A stretch of 64,000 nucleotides of DNA from Nitrosopumilus sp. (lineage in GTDB: Archaea > Thermoproteota > Nitrososphaeria > Nitrososphaerales > Nitrosopumilaceae), in NCBI GenBank assembly GCA_965218785.1, contig OZ244650.1:160001-224000 (forward strand). The letters are read 5' to 3'. The position numbers and the translations under genes are program-made. Below, piece by piece: positions 9,092 through 18,029 of the stretch (position 1 is its first letter; each line of letters begins with the position of its first letter). The notes beneath the pieces were generated by a model. It saw only the letters and a program-made list of their open reading frames with translations. It was not told where the DNA came from and searched no databases.

Positions 9092-11139
9092 CTAAAATAA
9101 TTGGTATTGATTTAGGAACAAGTAATTCCGCTGCAGCAGTTGTGATGGGTGGCAAGCCAACAATTATTCCCGCTGCCGAAGGCGCCACCGTGGGCGGAAA
9201 GGCATTTCCATCAGTTGTCGCATTCTCCAAAGAAGGCCAACTCCTAGTTGGAGAACCGGCACGAAGACAGGCAGTAACAAATCCTGACAGCACCATAATT
9301 GCCGCTAAAAGGAAGATGGGATCTGATCATGTTTTTAAGATTCAGGGCAAAGAATACAAGCCCCAGCAAATTTCCGCGTTTATCTTACAAAAAATCAAAA
9401 AAGACGCCGAGGCATTTATTGGCGAACCTGTAAAAAAAGTAGTAATTACGGTACCTGCATATTTTGATGACAATCAACGTCAGGCCACCAAGGACGCTGG
9501 AACAATTGCAGGTCTTGATGTTGTTAGAATTATCAATGAACCAACAGCCGCATCACTGGCATTTGGACTAGACAAGGCAAAAGAAGACATGAAGATTCTT
9601 GTATTTGATTTTGGCGGAGGTACGTTGGATGTCACCATCATGGAGATGGGCGGTGGTGTTTTTGAAGTAATGAGTACATCCGGAGACACGCAATTGGGTG
9701 GTACTGATATGGACAAGGTTGTAATTGATTACATTGTTGATGAATTCAAGAAAAAGGAAGGTCTTGATCTTTCTCAGGATTCGACTGCGATGACGAGAAT
9801 CAGGGAAGCTGCCGAAAAAGCCAAGATTGAATTATCTACAGTTATGGAGACTGATCTCAACCTGCCCTTTATTTCACATGATCCATCATCTGGTGCAAAA
9901 AATCTTGAATTAAGAATGACTAGAGCCAAACTAGATGAATTAATCGGACCGATTGTTCAGCGATGCAAGCCCTCAATATTAAAATCACTTGAAGATGCAA
10001 AGATTCCCACCTCTGAGATTAGCAAAATTGTAATGGTTGGAGGACCTACAAGAATTCCGCTAGTACAAAAATTTGTCAGCGAAATTACAGGAAAGAATGC
10101 CGAATCCGGAGTTGATCCCATGGAGGCAGTAGCGATGGGTGCTGCAATACAGGCGGGAATTATTGCCGGAGATGTTGCTAGTGATATAGTCCTGCTTGAT
10201 GTTACTCCGCTAACATTGGGAATTGAGACTCTGGGCGGGGTTAGGGAACCATTAATTGAAAGAAATACGACAATTCCAACCTCTAAAAGTAAGGTTTTCA
10301 CAACTGCAGCTGATAATCAAACTGCCGTAACTATTCATGTTGTTCAAGGTGAACGACCGATGGCAACTGATAACGTCTCACTGGGAAGTTTCAACCTGAC
10401 TGATCTGCCTCCAGCCCCGAGGGGAATTCCTCAAATTGAGGTGAAATTTGACATTGATGCAAATGGAATAATCAATGTTGCGGCAAAAGATCTTGGGACT
10501 CAAAAGGAGGCGAAAATCACCATTGAATCCACGTCAAAACTCTCCAAGGAGGAAATTGAGAAATTAAAAGAAGATGCAGAAAAATTCTCCGATGAGGATA
10601 AAAAGAAGAAAGAAAAAATCGATCTTAAAAACGAGGCAGAGAGTTACATATACACTACAGAAAAGTTGGTCAATCATGATTTAAAAGATAAAATTTCTCA
10701 AGAACAGGGAATTAAAATTACTGATGCCGTCAAAGAAGTCAAAGAATCTCTAAGCAAGGAACTTTCTGAACTAAAACCAAAACTTGAAGCACTACAAACC
10801 ATAGTTAGTGAGGTAACCACCGAGCTGTACAAGAATGCAGCACCTCCTCCGGGAACCGAAGGACAACAGCAGCAGGACTCTGGCACCGAAGGACAACAAA
10901 AAGATTCTGGCACCGAAGGACAACAGCAACAGGACTCTGGCACCGAAGGACAACAAAAAGATTCTGGCACCGAAGGACAACAAAAAGATTCTGGCACCGA
11001 AGGACAACAAAAAGATTCTGGCACCGAAGGACAACAAAAAGATTCTGGCACCGAAGGACAACAGCAACAACAACAGGACTCCGGCACAGGGAGTCAAACA
11101 AACGAATCATCTTCAGACAATGAAACTAAAACTAATTAA
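9088..11139 (+). CDS. dnaK: Molecular chaperone DnaK (Hsp70) with tandem-repeat C-terminal tail
   Basis: [48 protein letters not shown]. Confidence 0.98.
   Translation: MTKIIGIDLGTSNSAAAVVMGGKPTIIPAAEGATVGGKAFPSVVAFSKEGQLLVGEPARRQAVTNPDSTIIAAKRKMGSDHVFKIQGKEYKPQQISAFILQKIKKDAEAFIGEPVKKVVITVPAYFDDNQRQATKDAGTIAGLDVVRIINEPTAASLAFGLDKAKEDMKILVFDFGGGTLDVTIMEMGGGVFEVMSTSGDTQLGGTDMDKVVIDYIVDEFKKKEGLDLSQDSTAMTRIREAAEKAKIELSTVMETDLNLPFISHDPSSGAKNLELRMTRAKLDELIGPIVQRCKPSILKSLEDAKIPTSEISKIVMVGGPTRIPLVQKFVSEITGKNAESGVDPMEAVAMGAAIQAGIIAGDVASDIVLLDVTPLTLGIETLGGVREPLIERNTTIPTSKSKVFTTAADNQTAVTIHVVQGERPMATDNVSLGSFNLTDLPPAPRGIPQIEVKFDIDANGIINVAAKDLGTQKEAKITIESTSKLSKEEIEKLKEDAEKFSDEDKKKKEKIDLKNEAESYIYTTEKLVNHDLKDKISQEQGIKITDAVKEVKESLSKELSELKPKLEALQTIVSEVTTELYKNAAPPPGTEGQQQQDSGTEGQQKDSGTEGQQQQDSGTEGQQKDSGTEGQQKDSGTEGQQKDSGTEGQQKDSGTEGQQQQQQDSGTGSQTNESSSDNETKTN
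10852..11088 (+). repeat. Coding tandem repeat in dnaK: 8 units of GTEG(Q)n(K)DS; core 27-bp unit GGCACCGAAGGACAACAAAAAGATTCT
   Basis: Five identical 27-bp units plus three longer CAG/CAA-expanded variants, read directly. Confidence 0.95.
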
Positions 11140-11188
11140 TTTCTCCAATTCAATCATTTATACAGTAATTATGATAAAGGAATGATTC

Positions 11189-12295
11189 ATGACTGCAAAA
11201 CGTGATTATTATGAGGTTTTAGGAGTTTCTAAAACATCTCCCACGGATGAAATCAAACAACAATATAGAAAATTAGCATTAAAATTCCATCCGGATCGTA
11301 ACAAATCTTCTGAAGCCGGCGAACATTTTAAAGAAATTACAGAGGCATATGCCGTTCTTTCAGATACTGAAAAAAGGCAAATTTATGATCAGCAGGGTCA
11401 TGCGGGTGTTGATGGCAGGTATAGCAGTGATGATATATTCAAAGGTGCGCGCGGGGATTTTAGTGACATATTTGGTCGTGGAGGCGGTGGATTTGATTCC
11501 ATCTTTGAATCAATTTTTAGTCGTGGAGGCGGCAGAGGCGGTGGAGGAGGAGGAGGATTTGGATTTAATCAACAGCAGGGCTCTGATATTCTCTATCAGA
11601 CTTCGATAACATTAGAAGATGTTCTTCATGGAAAAAAAACAGAGATTGATCTACAAAAACAGATTCAATGTGATATTTGTAGTGGAACCGGCTGCAGGCC
11701 TGGCACTAATAGGAAAACATGTGCAACATGTAATGGTCAGGGACAGGTAAGACAAACTCGTAATATGGGATTTGCCTCATTTGTAGTGGCTGCACCCTGT
11801 TCTGCTTGCAGGGCCCAGGGTTCAGTTATTGAAACTCCGTGTGTGGAATGTAGGGGTAAAGGAAGCAAAAAAGGCTTTAAAAAAGTTAACTTTGAAATCC
11901 CGGCCGGAATTGATTCAGGCGATTATACCGTTCAAGGAGAGGGAAATGAAATTCCTAATGGCATTAACGGTGATCTGATTGTCAGGGTTGTAGTACAACC
12001 TCATGCACAATTCAATCGAGATGGAAAAGATATTTTCTATGATCAAGACGTTTCAATGGTTGATGCAACACTGGGCTGTGAAATTGTTGTTCCGACTTTG
12101 GAGGGCACAGAAAAAATCAAAGTTAATTCTGGCAGCCAACCAAACACTATAATCAAATTAAAGGGCAAAGGAGTCCAACATCACCATTCTAGAGGTACGG
12201 GAGATCAGTATGTTCGAATTGTAATAAATATCCCTAAAAAACTCAGCAAACATCAAAAAAACCTTCTAGATGAATTTCGGAAAACCCGTGATTAG
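11189..12295 (+). CDS. dnaJ: Chaperone DnaJ (Hsp40)
   Basis: J-domain HPD, G/F-rich linker, four CxxCxGxG-type repeats (third reads CSACRAQG). Confidence 0.97.
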   Translation: MTAKRDYYEVLGVSKTSPTDEIKQQYRKLALKFHPDRNKSSEAGEHFKEITEAYAVLSDTEKRQIYDQQGHAGVDGRYSSDDIFKGARGDFSDIFGRGGGGFDSIFESIFSRGGGRGGGGGGGFGFNQQQGSDILYQTSITLEDVLHGKKTEIDLQKQIQCDICSGTGCRPGTNRKTCATCNGQGQVRQTRNMGFASFVVAAPCSACRAQGSVIETPCVECRGKGSKKGFKKVNFEIPAGIDSGDYTVQGEGNEIPNGINGDLIVRVVVQPHAQFNRDGKDIFYDQDVSMVDATLGCEIVVPTLEGTEKIKVNSGSQPNTIIKLKGKGVQHHHSRGTGDQYVRIVINIPKKLSKHQKNLLDEFRKTRD

Positions 12296-12843
12296 TGACA
12301 AGAATGAAAATCGCGCTAGATGTCGACGGAGTTCTTGCCGATGTGATTACTCCCTGGATTGCTTTTAGCAATACAATCAGACAGAAAATCTCCAAGCATG
12401 ATATTACTGATTGGGATTTTTGGAAGAAATTTCAAATCGATCGCTATGACTTTTATACTGAATTGAATTCGTGCTGGAAAAACTGGCTTTCCATACCGCC
12501 CACAGAAGATAATTTATCATATGTTACAAAAAACCTTTCAAATCTTGGTCAGGTAGATATTGTTACCGCTAGAGAAGATAAAACCAATTCTTTTGTCAAA
12601 AACTGGCTGAATCATCACAACATATCATATGACAGTTATGTATCGGTAGTTGACGGTCCCATGAAAGCTGATTTAGATTATGACGTATTTATTGATGATT
12701 CACCATTAAATGCACAAAAATTTCTCCAGAATGGCAAAAAACTGATTTTGTATTCACAGCCCTGGAATCATCATATCAATGAAAATCGAATTCACAGAAT
12801 TTCCAGTCTTTCAGAAGCAATCAAAAAAATAAAACTCGGTTAA
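12295..12843 (+). CDS. HAD-family 5'(3')-deoxyribonucleotidase-like protein
   Basis: IALDVDGVLAD motif I, VTAR, FIDDS, QPWN. Confidence 0.8.
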   Translation: MTRMKIALDVDGVLADVITPWIAFSNTIRQKISKHDITDWDFWKKFQIDRYDFYTELNSCWKNWLSIPPTEDNLSYVTKNLSNLGQVDIVTAREDKTNSFVKNWLNHHNISYDSYVSVVDGPMKADLDYDVFIDDSPLNAQKFLQNGKKLILYSQPWNHHINENRIHRISSLSEAIKKIKLG

Positions 12844-13004
12844 TCCTTTACAAATTTTCTAATATTGACTTGATGACCGTTTCTTACATGAGTGACATGA
12901 GTTGTTTTTAACAATTCCCCGATTTTGTCATCATCATAGAATTTAATATTGTAGCGTCCAAGTATTTTTTTACAATTCACACAGTATACTTCCCTAAATT
13001 CCAT
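12840..13004 (-). CDS. 54-aa putative zinc-binding small protein (CxxC...HxxHxxxxH), absent from ORF track
   Basis: Manual translation MEFREVYCVNCKKILGRYNIKFYDDDKIGELLKTTHVTHVRNGHQVNIRKFVKD; stop overlaps the convergent HAD gene by 4 nt. Confidence 0.7.
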   Translation of the reverse strand: MEFREVYCVNCKKILGRYNIKFYDDDKIGELLKTTHVTHVRNGHQVNIRKFVKD

Positions 13005-13077
13005 CTTCCTGAACAACTGTGCATATTTGCCTCATGTATAATAAAGAAACTTATTCTAGCTTTTAGAAACTGACATT

Positions 13078-13162
13078 GCGGGAGTCGCCCAGCCTGGTCA
13101 ACGGCGTAAGGTTCAGATCCTTATCTCTTAGGAGTTCGTGGGTTCAAATCCCATCTCCCGCA
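13078..13162 (+). tRNA. tRNA-Leu(CAG)
   Basis: GCGGGAG acceptor stem pairs with CTCCCGC; anticodon stem TAAGG/CCTTA around TT-CAG-AT; long variable arm; GTTCAAATC T-loop. Confidence 0.96.
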
Positions 13163-13253
13163 CTAATCCATGTGGAAATATAGTTTATGTATAATCGATC
13201 CTAGACTGACTACCATGAACAGTCTGCATAATTGAATTTTTAATTATGTTTTT

Positions 13254-13593
13254 TGGTGGGGGACTCCTCTAGAATGAGAACCTCGGATACATACATTTTT
13301 TGAGCAAGTTGGGAGGTAAAACACATGTTTGTCAGCAGAACGCTTCAGGATGCAATCATTCTCTTGGCGCAAAACAGGAGTTCATAAGATATCACACTCC
13401 GGAGCAGAATGGACAGACGAATCGTTCCACAAGACGCTCAAAAAGGAGTATTTGTGTGGCCGCACGAGTTTGCAAGCTATAAGGAGGCAGAGGCAGTCAT
13501 TGCAGATGCATACAGGATTACAACTATTCTAGGATCCACTCGGCACTGGGATATGTGACTCTCGAGGAATTTTTATCAGAACGGGGGAGTTCA
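13254..13593 (+). mobile_element. IS3-family remnant: left end, SD and ATG joined to a frameshifted integrase-core C-terminus
   Basis: Starts TGGTGGGGGACTCCTCTAGAATGAGA; pieces across frames read KQEFIRYHTPEQNG / ESFHKTLKKEY / WPHEF / DYNYSRIHSALGYVT, typical of an IS3 OrfB end. Confidence 0.85.
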
Positions 13594-13938
13594 TCAGTCT
13601 GAATCATGTTTTTGTAGACCCAAATATTTTGCAAGATCTGAATAAACATCCTTTCTATGTGCAATAGCATGCACAGTGATTATGTTACGAAGATTATCTT
13701 GTTTAACCTCGTAAACTATTCGATAATGAAATTGATCGATATGGATAGAATACATTCCCTTCAAATCTTGACTTAATTCTTGTCCAAGTTTAGGATTTGT
13801 TTCTAATTGATCGATATTATCGTTTATTATTTTTAGTAATTTTGGATTAGCTTTTTTTCTAAATTTTTTATATAATTTTTCACATCTTGGAGATAGTGAT
13901 ACAATATTCGTTATGTCGGAATCCTTGCTTTTTTCCAC
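13594..13938 (-). CDS. RelE/ParE-superfamily toxin
   Basis: NPKLGQELSQDLKGMYSIH...YRIVYEV...HAIAHRKDVY RelE-like pattern. Confidence 0.85.
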   Translation of the reverse strand: MEKSKDSDITNIVSLSPRCEKLYKKFRKKANPKLLKIINDNIDQLETNPKLGQELSQDLKGMYSIHIDQFHYRIVYEVKQDNLRNIITVHAIAHRKDVYSDLAKYLGLQKHDSD

Positions 13939-14255
13939 CGTACTGAACCACCTTTCTTTATTTCTTTTCGACTCATCTTGATTTCATGCATCAATTCTGA
14001 ATCATTAAGAATTTCTAATGTTTCTAGATCATTTTTGCTGATTTTAGGTGTTGCAATTTTCATACTTTTAAAAACATCAATATGGATTTTCTCTATGTCT
14101 GCTTTTGGTCGTGTAGAACATGTTGCATCAGCTAGCATGAAAAAAATTCCTACATCGTTATTGTTTAAAGTTTCACGTAAAACTGAAAAATCATCCGAAC
14201 GGTTTCTTGTCACTTTTTGTTGTGGAAATACGGTACATTTAGTTTTTAATGACAT
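13911..14255 (-). CDS. Putative antitoxin (Phd/YefM-like C-terminal helix, unrecognised N-terminus)
   Basis: LETLEILNDSELMHEIKMSRKEIKKG resembles Phd/YefM toxin-binding tails; overlaps the toxin gene. Confidence 0.65.
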   Translation of the reverse strand: MSLKTKCTVFPQQKVTRNRSDDFSVLRETLNNNDVGIFFMLADATCSTRPKADIEKIHIDVFKSMKIATPKISKNDLETLEILNDSELMHEIKMSRKEIKKGGSVRWKKARIPT

Positions 14256-14740
14256 TATATCAAATCCTTACTCTTAAGTTCAATCCATGCATCTTCACAT
14301 TGTTTTTTGGTAAAGTATTTTTGTTTATTCTTTACTTTCTCAAGAATATCTGCTTTTGACATTTTAGAGTATATTTTTTTTAGAAAATGTATTGATGCTA
14401 GTATCTCAAGTTTATCTGGATCATTTTTCTTATCTTCCATAAAATCAAGAAATTGTTTAAATTTCTTTTGTATTCCTTTTTCAAATTTACCTTTTGGAAA
14501 TTTATCATAATTTTCTTGTAGTTGAAACCCAATATTTGCCAAGTGAGATGAATATGGTCCACGAAGATACCATGAAAAATCATATCCAATGTAAATATCA
14601 AATGCTTGCATAAGATAAACTGATTTCTGTAGAATCAATCTTCCTTGAAATGTAGACATGTCAAAATTGTCTAAATTTTTTAAAATTAGTCCCAATCCTA
14701 ATGCTTCTTCATTTATTGGATTATTTTCCAATTTACTCAT
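14255..14740 (-). CDS. YwgA / SocA-Panacea (DUF4065)-like winged-helix protein
   Basis: GRLILQKSVYL...YDFSWYLRGPYSSHL...LEILASIHFL; TAATG overlap with the next gene. Confidence 0.7.
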   Translation of the reverse strand: MSKLENNPINEEALGLGLILKNLDNFDMSTFQGRLILQKSVYLMQAFDIYIGYDFSWYLRGPYSSHLANIGFQLQENYDKFPKGKFEKGIQKKFKQFLDFMEDKKNDPDKLEILASIHFLKKIYSKMSKADILEKVKNKQKYFTKKQCEDAWIELKSKDLI

Positions 14741-14980
14741 TTTATTTCAATTTTAAAGTATAATTTAGTATTATATCTAGATTTTTTAATCTTTATACTG
14801 CTTTATTTTATCTATTTTTAAAAAAATGAATCCTAAACGAGTAAATCTGTGACTAATCAAGCACATTTCATCCTAATTTTCTATTGTACAAAAATTAGAT
14901 TGTACTAATTTTAGACGTACTGCAAAGGAATACTATGTACTACATCGATCAAGAAAACTTGTGATAAAAAGACTCGATGC

Positions 14981-15167
14981 TGGTGGACCCTTCTAGAATG
15001 AGAACACTCCGATACATTACACTTTTTGAGCAAGGTGTTTATGGATTCTAAGATAACTCTGGTCTTTTCCTGTGGGGCGAATTTACTCTTTACCATGTGT
15101 TTTACCTCCTAACTTGTTCAAAAAGTGTATGTATGCAAGCGGTCTCATTCTAGCGGGGTCCCCACCA
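14981..15167 (-). mobile_element. 187-bp MITE-like deletion derivative of the same IS3-type element
   Basis: About 55-bp imperfect terminal inverted repeats (TGGTGG...CTAGAATGAGA...ACTTTTTGARCAAG); interior holds SD GGAGGT and the first ~21 codons of OrfA (MVKSKFAPQEKTRVILESINT). Confidence 0.85.
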
Positions 15168-15188
15168 ATATGTTATAACTTGAAAAAA

Positions 15189-15938
15189 CTAGGAGGAGGT
15201 AATAATTACATTATCTATCCATATTGCCTGGTTCCAGTCTGCAATCCAAGGATCAGCCAAGTGAATAAACACCTTGATGTCTTCTCCTGCATAGTCTGTC
15301 AAGTCAATTGATATGTTCTGCCATGGCGACACTGTTTGATCTGAGGCAACTGCCAGGATCTTATCCAGACGGTTATGATCTACATCCAGTATGAGCACAA
15401 ACATGTTTGGTATATGTTTGTGGCTTGAAGCATGTCCTTCTGCCTTGCCATCAAAGGTAAGCTTTATGTCGTCGCCTTCTGGCAGGCTAACCTGCTTTAT
15501 TATGCCTGGTCTTGCAGCAAAGCCATCGCCTGAGAAATGCACAATACCATCTTGGTTGGATAGTATGTAGTTATCTTTTCCTGTAGGGTATCTTTCATCT
15601 AATATGGTATGATGCTGCCATCCATCAAGACCATCATCAAAATTATCATTAATAATTTCCCCTGTATACCTTGGTAAGAAGATCATGCCAATCTGCTTAA
15701 AGACATCATGCATCCCTCCTCGTTGTTCTAGCTGTCCAACTATGTTTTCTAGCTGTTCAGCTATGTTTTCTAGCTGTTCAACATCAACAGTACTTTTTGC
15801 AATTTGAGGGTTTGGAATGCGTTCGTGTGTATCTGTATCATTATATGTCTGTACAAATGCCATTCCTATTGGAATCAATAAAATTACTATCAAGAATGGT
15901 ATTACATACTGTATTTTTTTCATATTGTTGCGATTCAA
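15189..15938 (-). CDS. Secreted or membrane-anchored hypothetical protein with probable beta-sandwich C-terminal domain
   Basis: N-terminal hydrophobic segment, EQLENI heptad repeats, FDDGLDGW start and WQNISIDLTDYAGEDI...IWIDNVII end, resembling jelly-roll/MAM-like surface domains. Confidence 0.65.
   Translation of the reverse strand: MNRNNMKKIQYVIPFLIVILLIPIGMAFVQTYNDTDTHERIPNPQIAKSTVDVEQLENIAEQLENIVGQLEQRGGMHDVFKQIGMIFLPRYTGEIINDNFDDGLDGWQHHTILDERYPTGKDNYILSNQDGIVHFSGDGFAARPGIIKQVSLPEGDDIKLTFDGKAEGHASSHKHIPNMFVLILDVDHNRLDKILAVASDQTVSPWQNISIDLTDYAGEDIKVFIHLADPWIADWNQAIWIDNVIITSS
15729..15782 (-). repeat. 21-bp tandem repeat (~2.5 copies) encoding EQLENI(A/V) heptads
   Basis: CTAGCTGTYCARCTATGTTTT repeated on the + strand. 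Confidence 0.8.
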
Positions 15939-16110
15939 ACCATATGCTATGTTATAAAATGATCTTTTGTTTGTACTGTGGCTGGATGGACAACTACAAA
16001 TTGAAACCAGTTGTGTTAGTCATGAGGATGGAAAGTCCCACATGTGTAAAACAACGTAAATCTGGATGCATCAATAACTGCTGATCTGCATCCTTGTTGT
16101 GTGTCATCTG

Positions 16111-18018
16111 TTAGATGCCGTCTAATTTTTTCCTGATATTCTTTAAAAGAATTTTATTTATCGTCTCTCCAGAAGCTTTTCCTCGCAGTTCCTTCATGAC
16201 AATCCCCATAAGTGGACCTACTGCCCTCTCTTCCTGATTTTTAATTATATCCTGATTTTCTTCCACTATTTTTTCAATAATTTTCTCCAGTTCTGCCTCC
16301 CCAACGGTTTCAATTGAGGCATTCTTCATGGCTTCCTTGATGGATTTTGATTTTCCAGCCATGATATCCTCAAAAATTATCTCAACTGATTCTTTGGCAA
16401 TCTCCCCTGCTTCTAATAATTCAAATACTCTGGCAATCCCCTCGTCACTTAACAGGCCAGAATCCAGTCCGCTTCTCTCCAAATTGGTAATTGATGAACA
16501 AAGAACCGACGCAACAAATGTGGGGCTGACCTTGGTAGTACCCCCAACTATTCTCTCAAATAATTCGATATATCGCGAATCGAAAATCTGCTCTGAAAGC
16601 TGAGGATTAATCTTATATTTTCTCTGCAACTCCCCAATGGACTCATCCCATGATTTTGGTATATTTTTCTCTGCATATGCAATCTCTTTTTTTGTGATTA
16701 CAATTGGCGGAATATCCGTTTCCGGATACATTCTTGCAGCACCGGGTCTGGGTCGCAGGAATTTTGTTTCACCTGCCTGGGTAGCTAACCGCGTATCTAT
16801 TGGAATTCCACCGTCTCTGATTTGACGCATTCTTGATAAAATCTGATCAATTACCATGTCTGCTTTTTCAGATGGCGCAGCCAACAGCAAAAACGCATCA
16901 CCATCACTGATATCGTACTTCTCTCTCAGATCGTCTACATCATTTTGTTTTATTCCAAAAGCTGGCAGTTCATCAGAATGAAAAATCCCCCCCAAACCAA
17001 AAAATTTGACCAATTCTGCAATGTCCTTGCCCAATCTGATACCCGGCATCCATTCTTTACCAAATATTCCACTCAAATTCCTGAAAATTATTAAATCAAT
17101 CCTGTGATTTTTCTCTACTGATTTTCTGACAGTTTGGGAATTCCATGTCCTGACCATGTCTGTTGCATCGATTCTTTTATTGTGATCACCGAATTTTCTA
17201 TCCTGCAGCTCTTTGGAAATTTGCAATAATCCATACTGTCTTTTAGCCTCATATTCCACAATTTTTTCCAACTGATCTAACTGCTGTACCCCCTTTACCT
17301 CAATTACCACTCCTCTCCCCTCTCTGATTGATACATTGACGTCTTGCCGGATAGAACCCAGACCACGTCTTACCTTCTTGGTACTTCTCAAAATTCTTCC
17401 CAATGATAACGCGATTTTTTTAATTTGTTTCGGACTTGCTTCAAACGGCTCTGTTGCTATCTCGACTAGTGGCACCCCCAGGCGCTCCAAACCGTATCTC
17501 CTTACCGAACCCTCATCACCTAAAATTTTTGCAGCGTCTTCTTCAAGACAGATTGACTGAATTCCTATCTTTTCTCCATCCACCTCATAAGATCCCCCCT
17601 GTGACACCAACATAGTGCGCTGGAATCCCGTGGTATTGGAACCGTCAACTACTGTTTTTCTCATGGGATAAATTTCGCTAAAAATATTTGATTTTAGTGC
17701 AGACGCTATGACTAGCGAAATTTTTTTAGCCTCCTCGTCTAACTCATGGGGCGGCTCCTCATCATATTCTACCAGGCAGCTGCTTTGTGGATTGGCATAA
17801 TACATTATCGTTTTTGATTTGGATTTTTCAAAAAGCGCGGCAGGATCAAATTCCCCCAACTCGCTTTTTGATGCTCTCAGCCTTCGCTGAAATTTTATAA
17901 GATACTCGTCTGATTCTGCCGGTGTACAGTTGCAAAACAATTTTTTATTGGTTGCAAGTTGTTGGTGGATCTCCAGTCCGATTTTTAATCCGACTTTATC
18001 TATGAAAAACTCTGACAT
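16111..18018 (-). CDS. gatE: Glu-tRNA(Gln) amidotransferase subunit E
   Basis: GLEIHQQL, KLFC, DGSNTTGFQRT, RGLGSIRQDVNVS, RPRPGAARMYPETD. Confidence 0.97.
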   Translation of the reverse strand: MSEFFIDKVGLKIGLEIHQQLATNKKLFCNCTPAESDEYLIKFQRRLRASKSELGEFDPAALFEKSKSKTIMYYANPQSSCLVEYDEEPPHELDEEAKKISLVIASALKSNIFSEIYPMRKTVVDGSNTTGFQRTMLVSQGGSYEVDGEKIGIQSICLEEDAAKILGDEGSVRRYGLERLGVPLVEIATEPFEASPKQIKKIALSLGRILRSTKKVRRGLGSIRQDVNVSIREGRGVVIEVKGVQQLDQLEKIVEYEAKRQYGLLQISKELQDRKFGDHNKRIDATDMVRTWNSQTVRKSVEKNHRIDLIIFRNLSGIFGKEWMPGIRLGKDIAELVKFFGLGGIFHSDELPAFGIKQNDVDDLREKYDISDGDAFLLLAAPSEKADMVIDQILSRMRQIRDGGIPIDTRLATQAGETKFLRPRPGAARMYPETDIPPIVITKKEIAYAEKNIPKSWDESIGELQRKYKINPQLSEQIFDSRYIELFERIVGGTTKVSPTFVASVLCSSITNLERSGLDSGLLSDEGIARVFELLEAGEIAKESVEIIFEDIMAGKSKSIKEAMKNASIETVGEAELEKIIEKIVEENQDIIKNQEERAVGPLMGIVMKELRGKASGETINKILLKNIRKKLDGI

Positions 18019-18029
18019 TCTTTTTTCTC

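Noticed and set aside
10852-11088. CRISPR array
   Set aside because: The 27-36 bp units abut with no unique spacers, stay in frame inside dnaK, and no cas genes are present.
10698-11185. Cys-rich and hydrophobic repeat ORFs in alternative frames (e.g. [10 protein letters not shown]...)
   Set aside because: Shadow translations of the dnaK tandem repeat.
15797-16084. Cys-containing 95-aa + strand ORF
   Set aside because: Overlaps the 15189-15938 gene antisense and shows no coherent motif.
13078-16110. Integrase-type genomic island or provirus at tRNA-Leu
   Set aside because: No tyrosine or serine integrase, and no duplicated tRNA 3' end was found before gatE.
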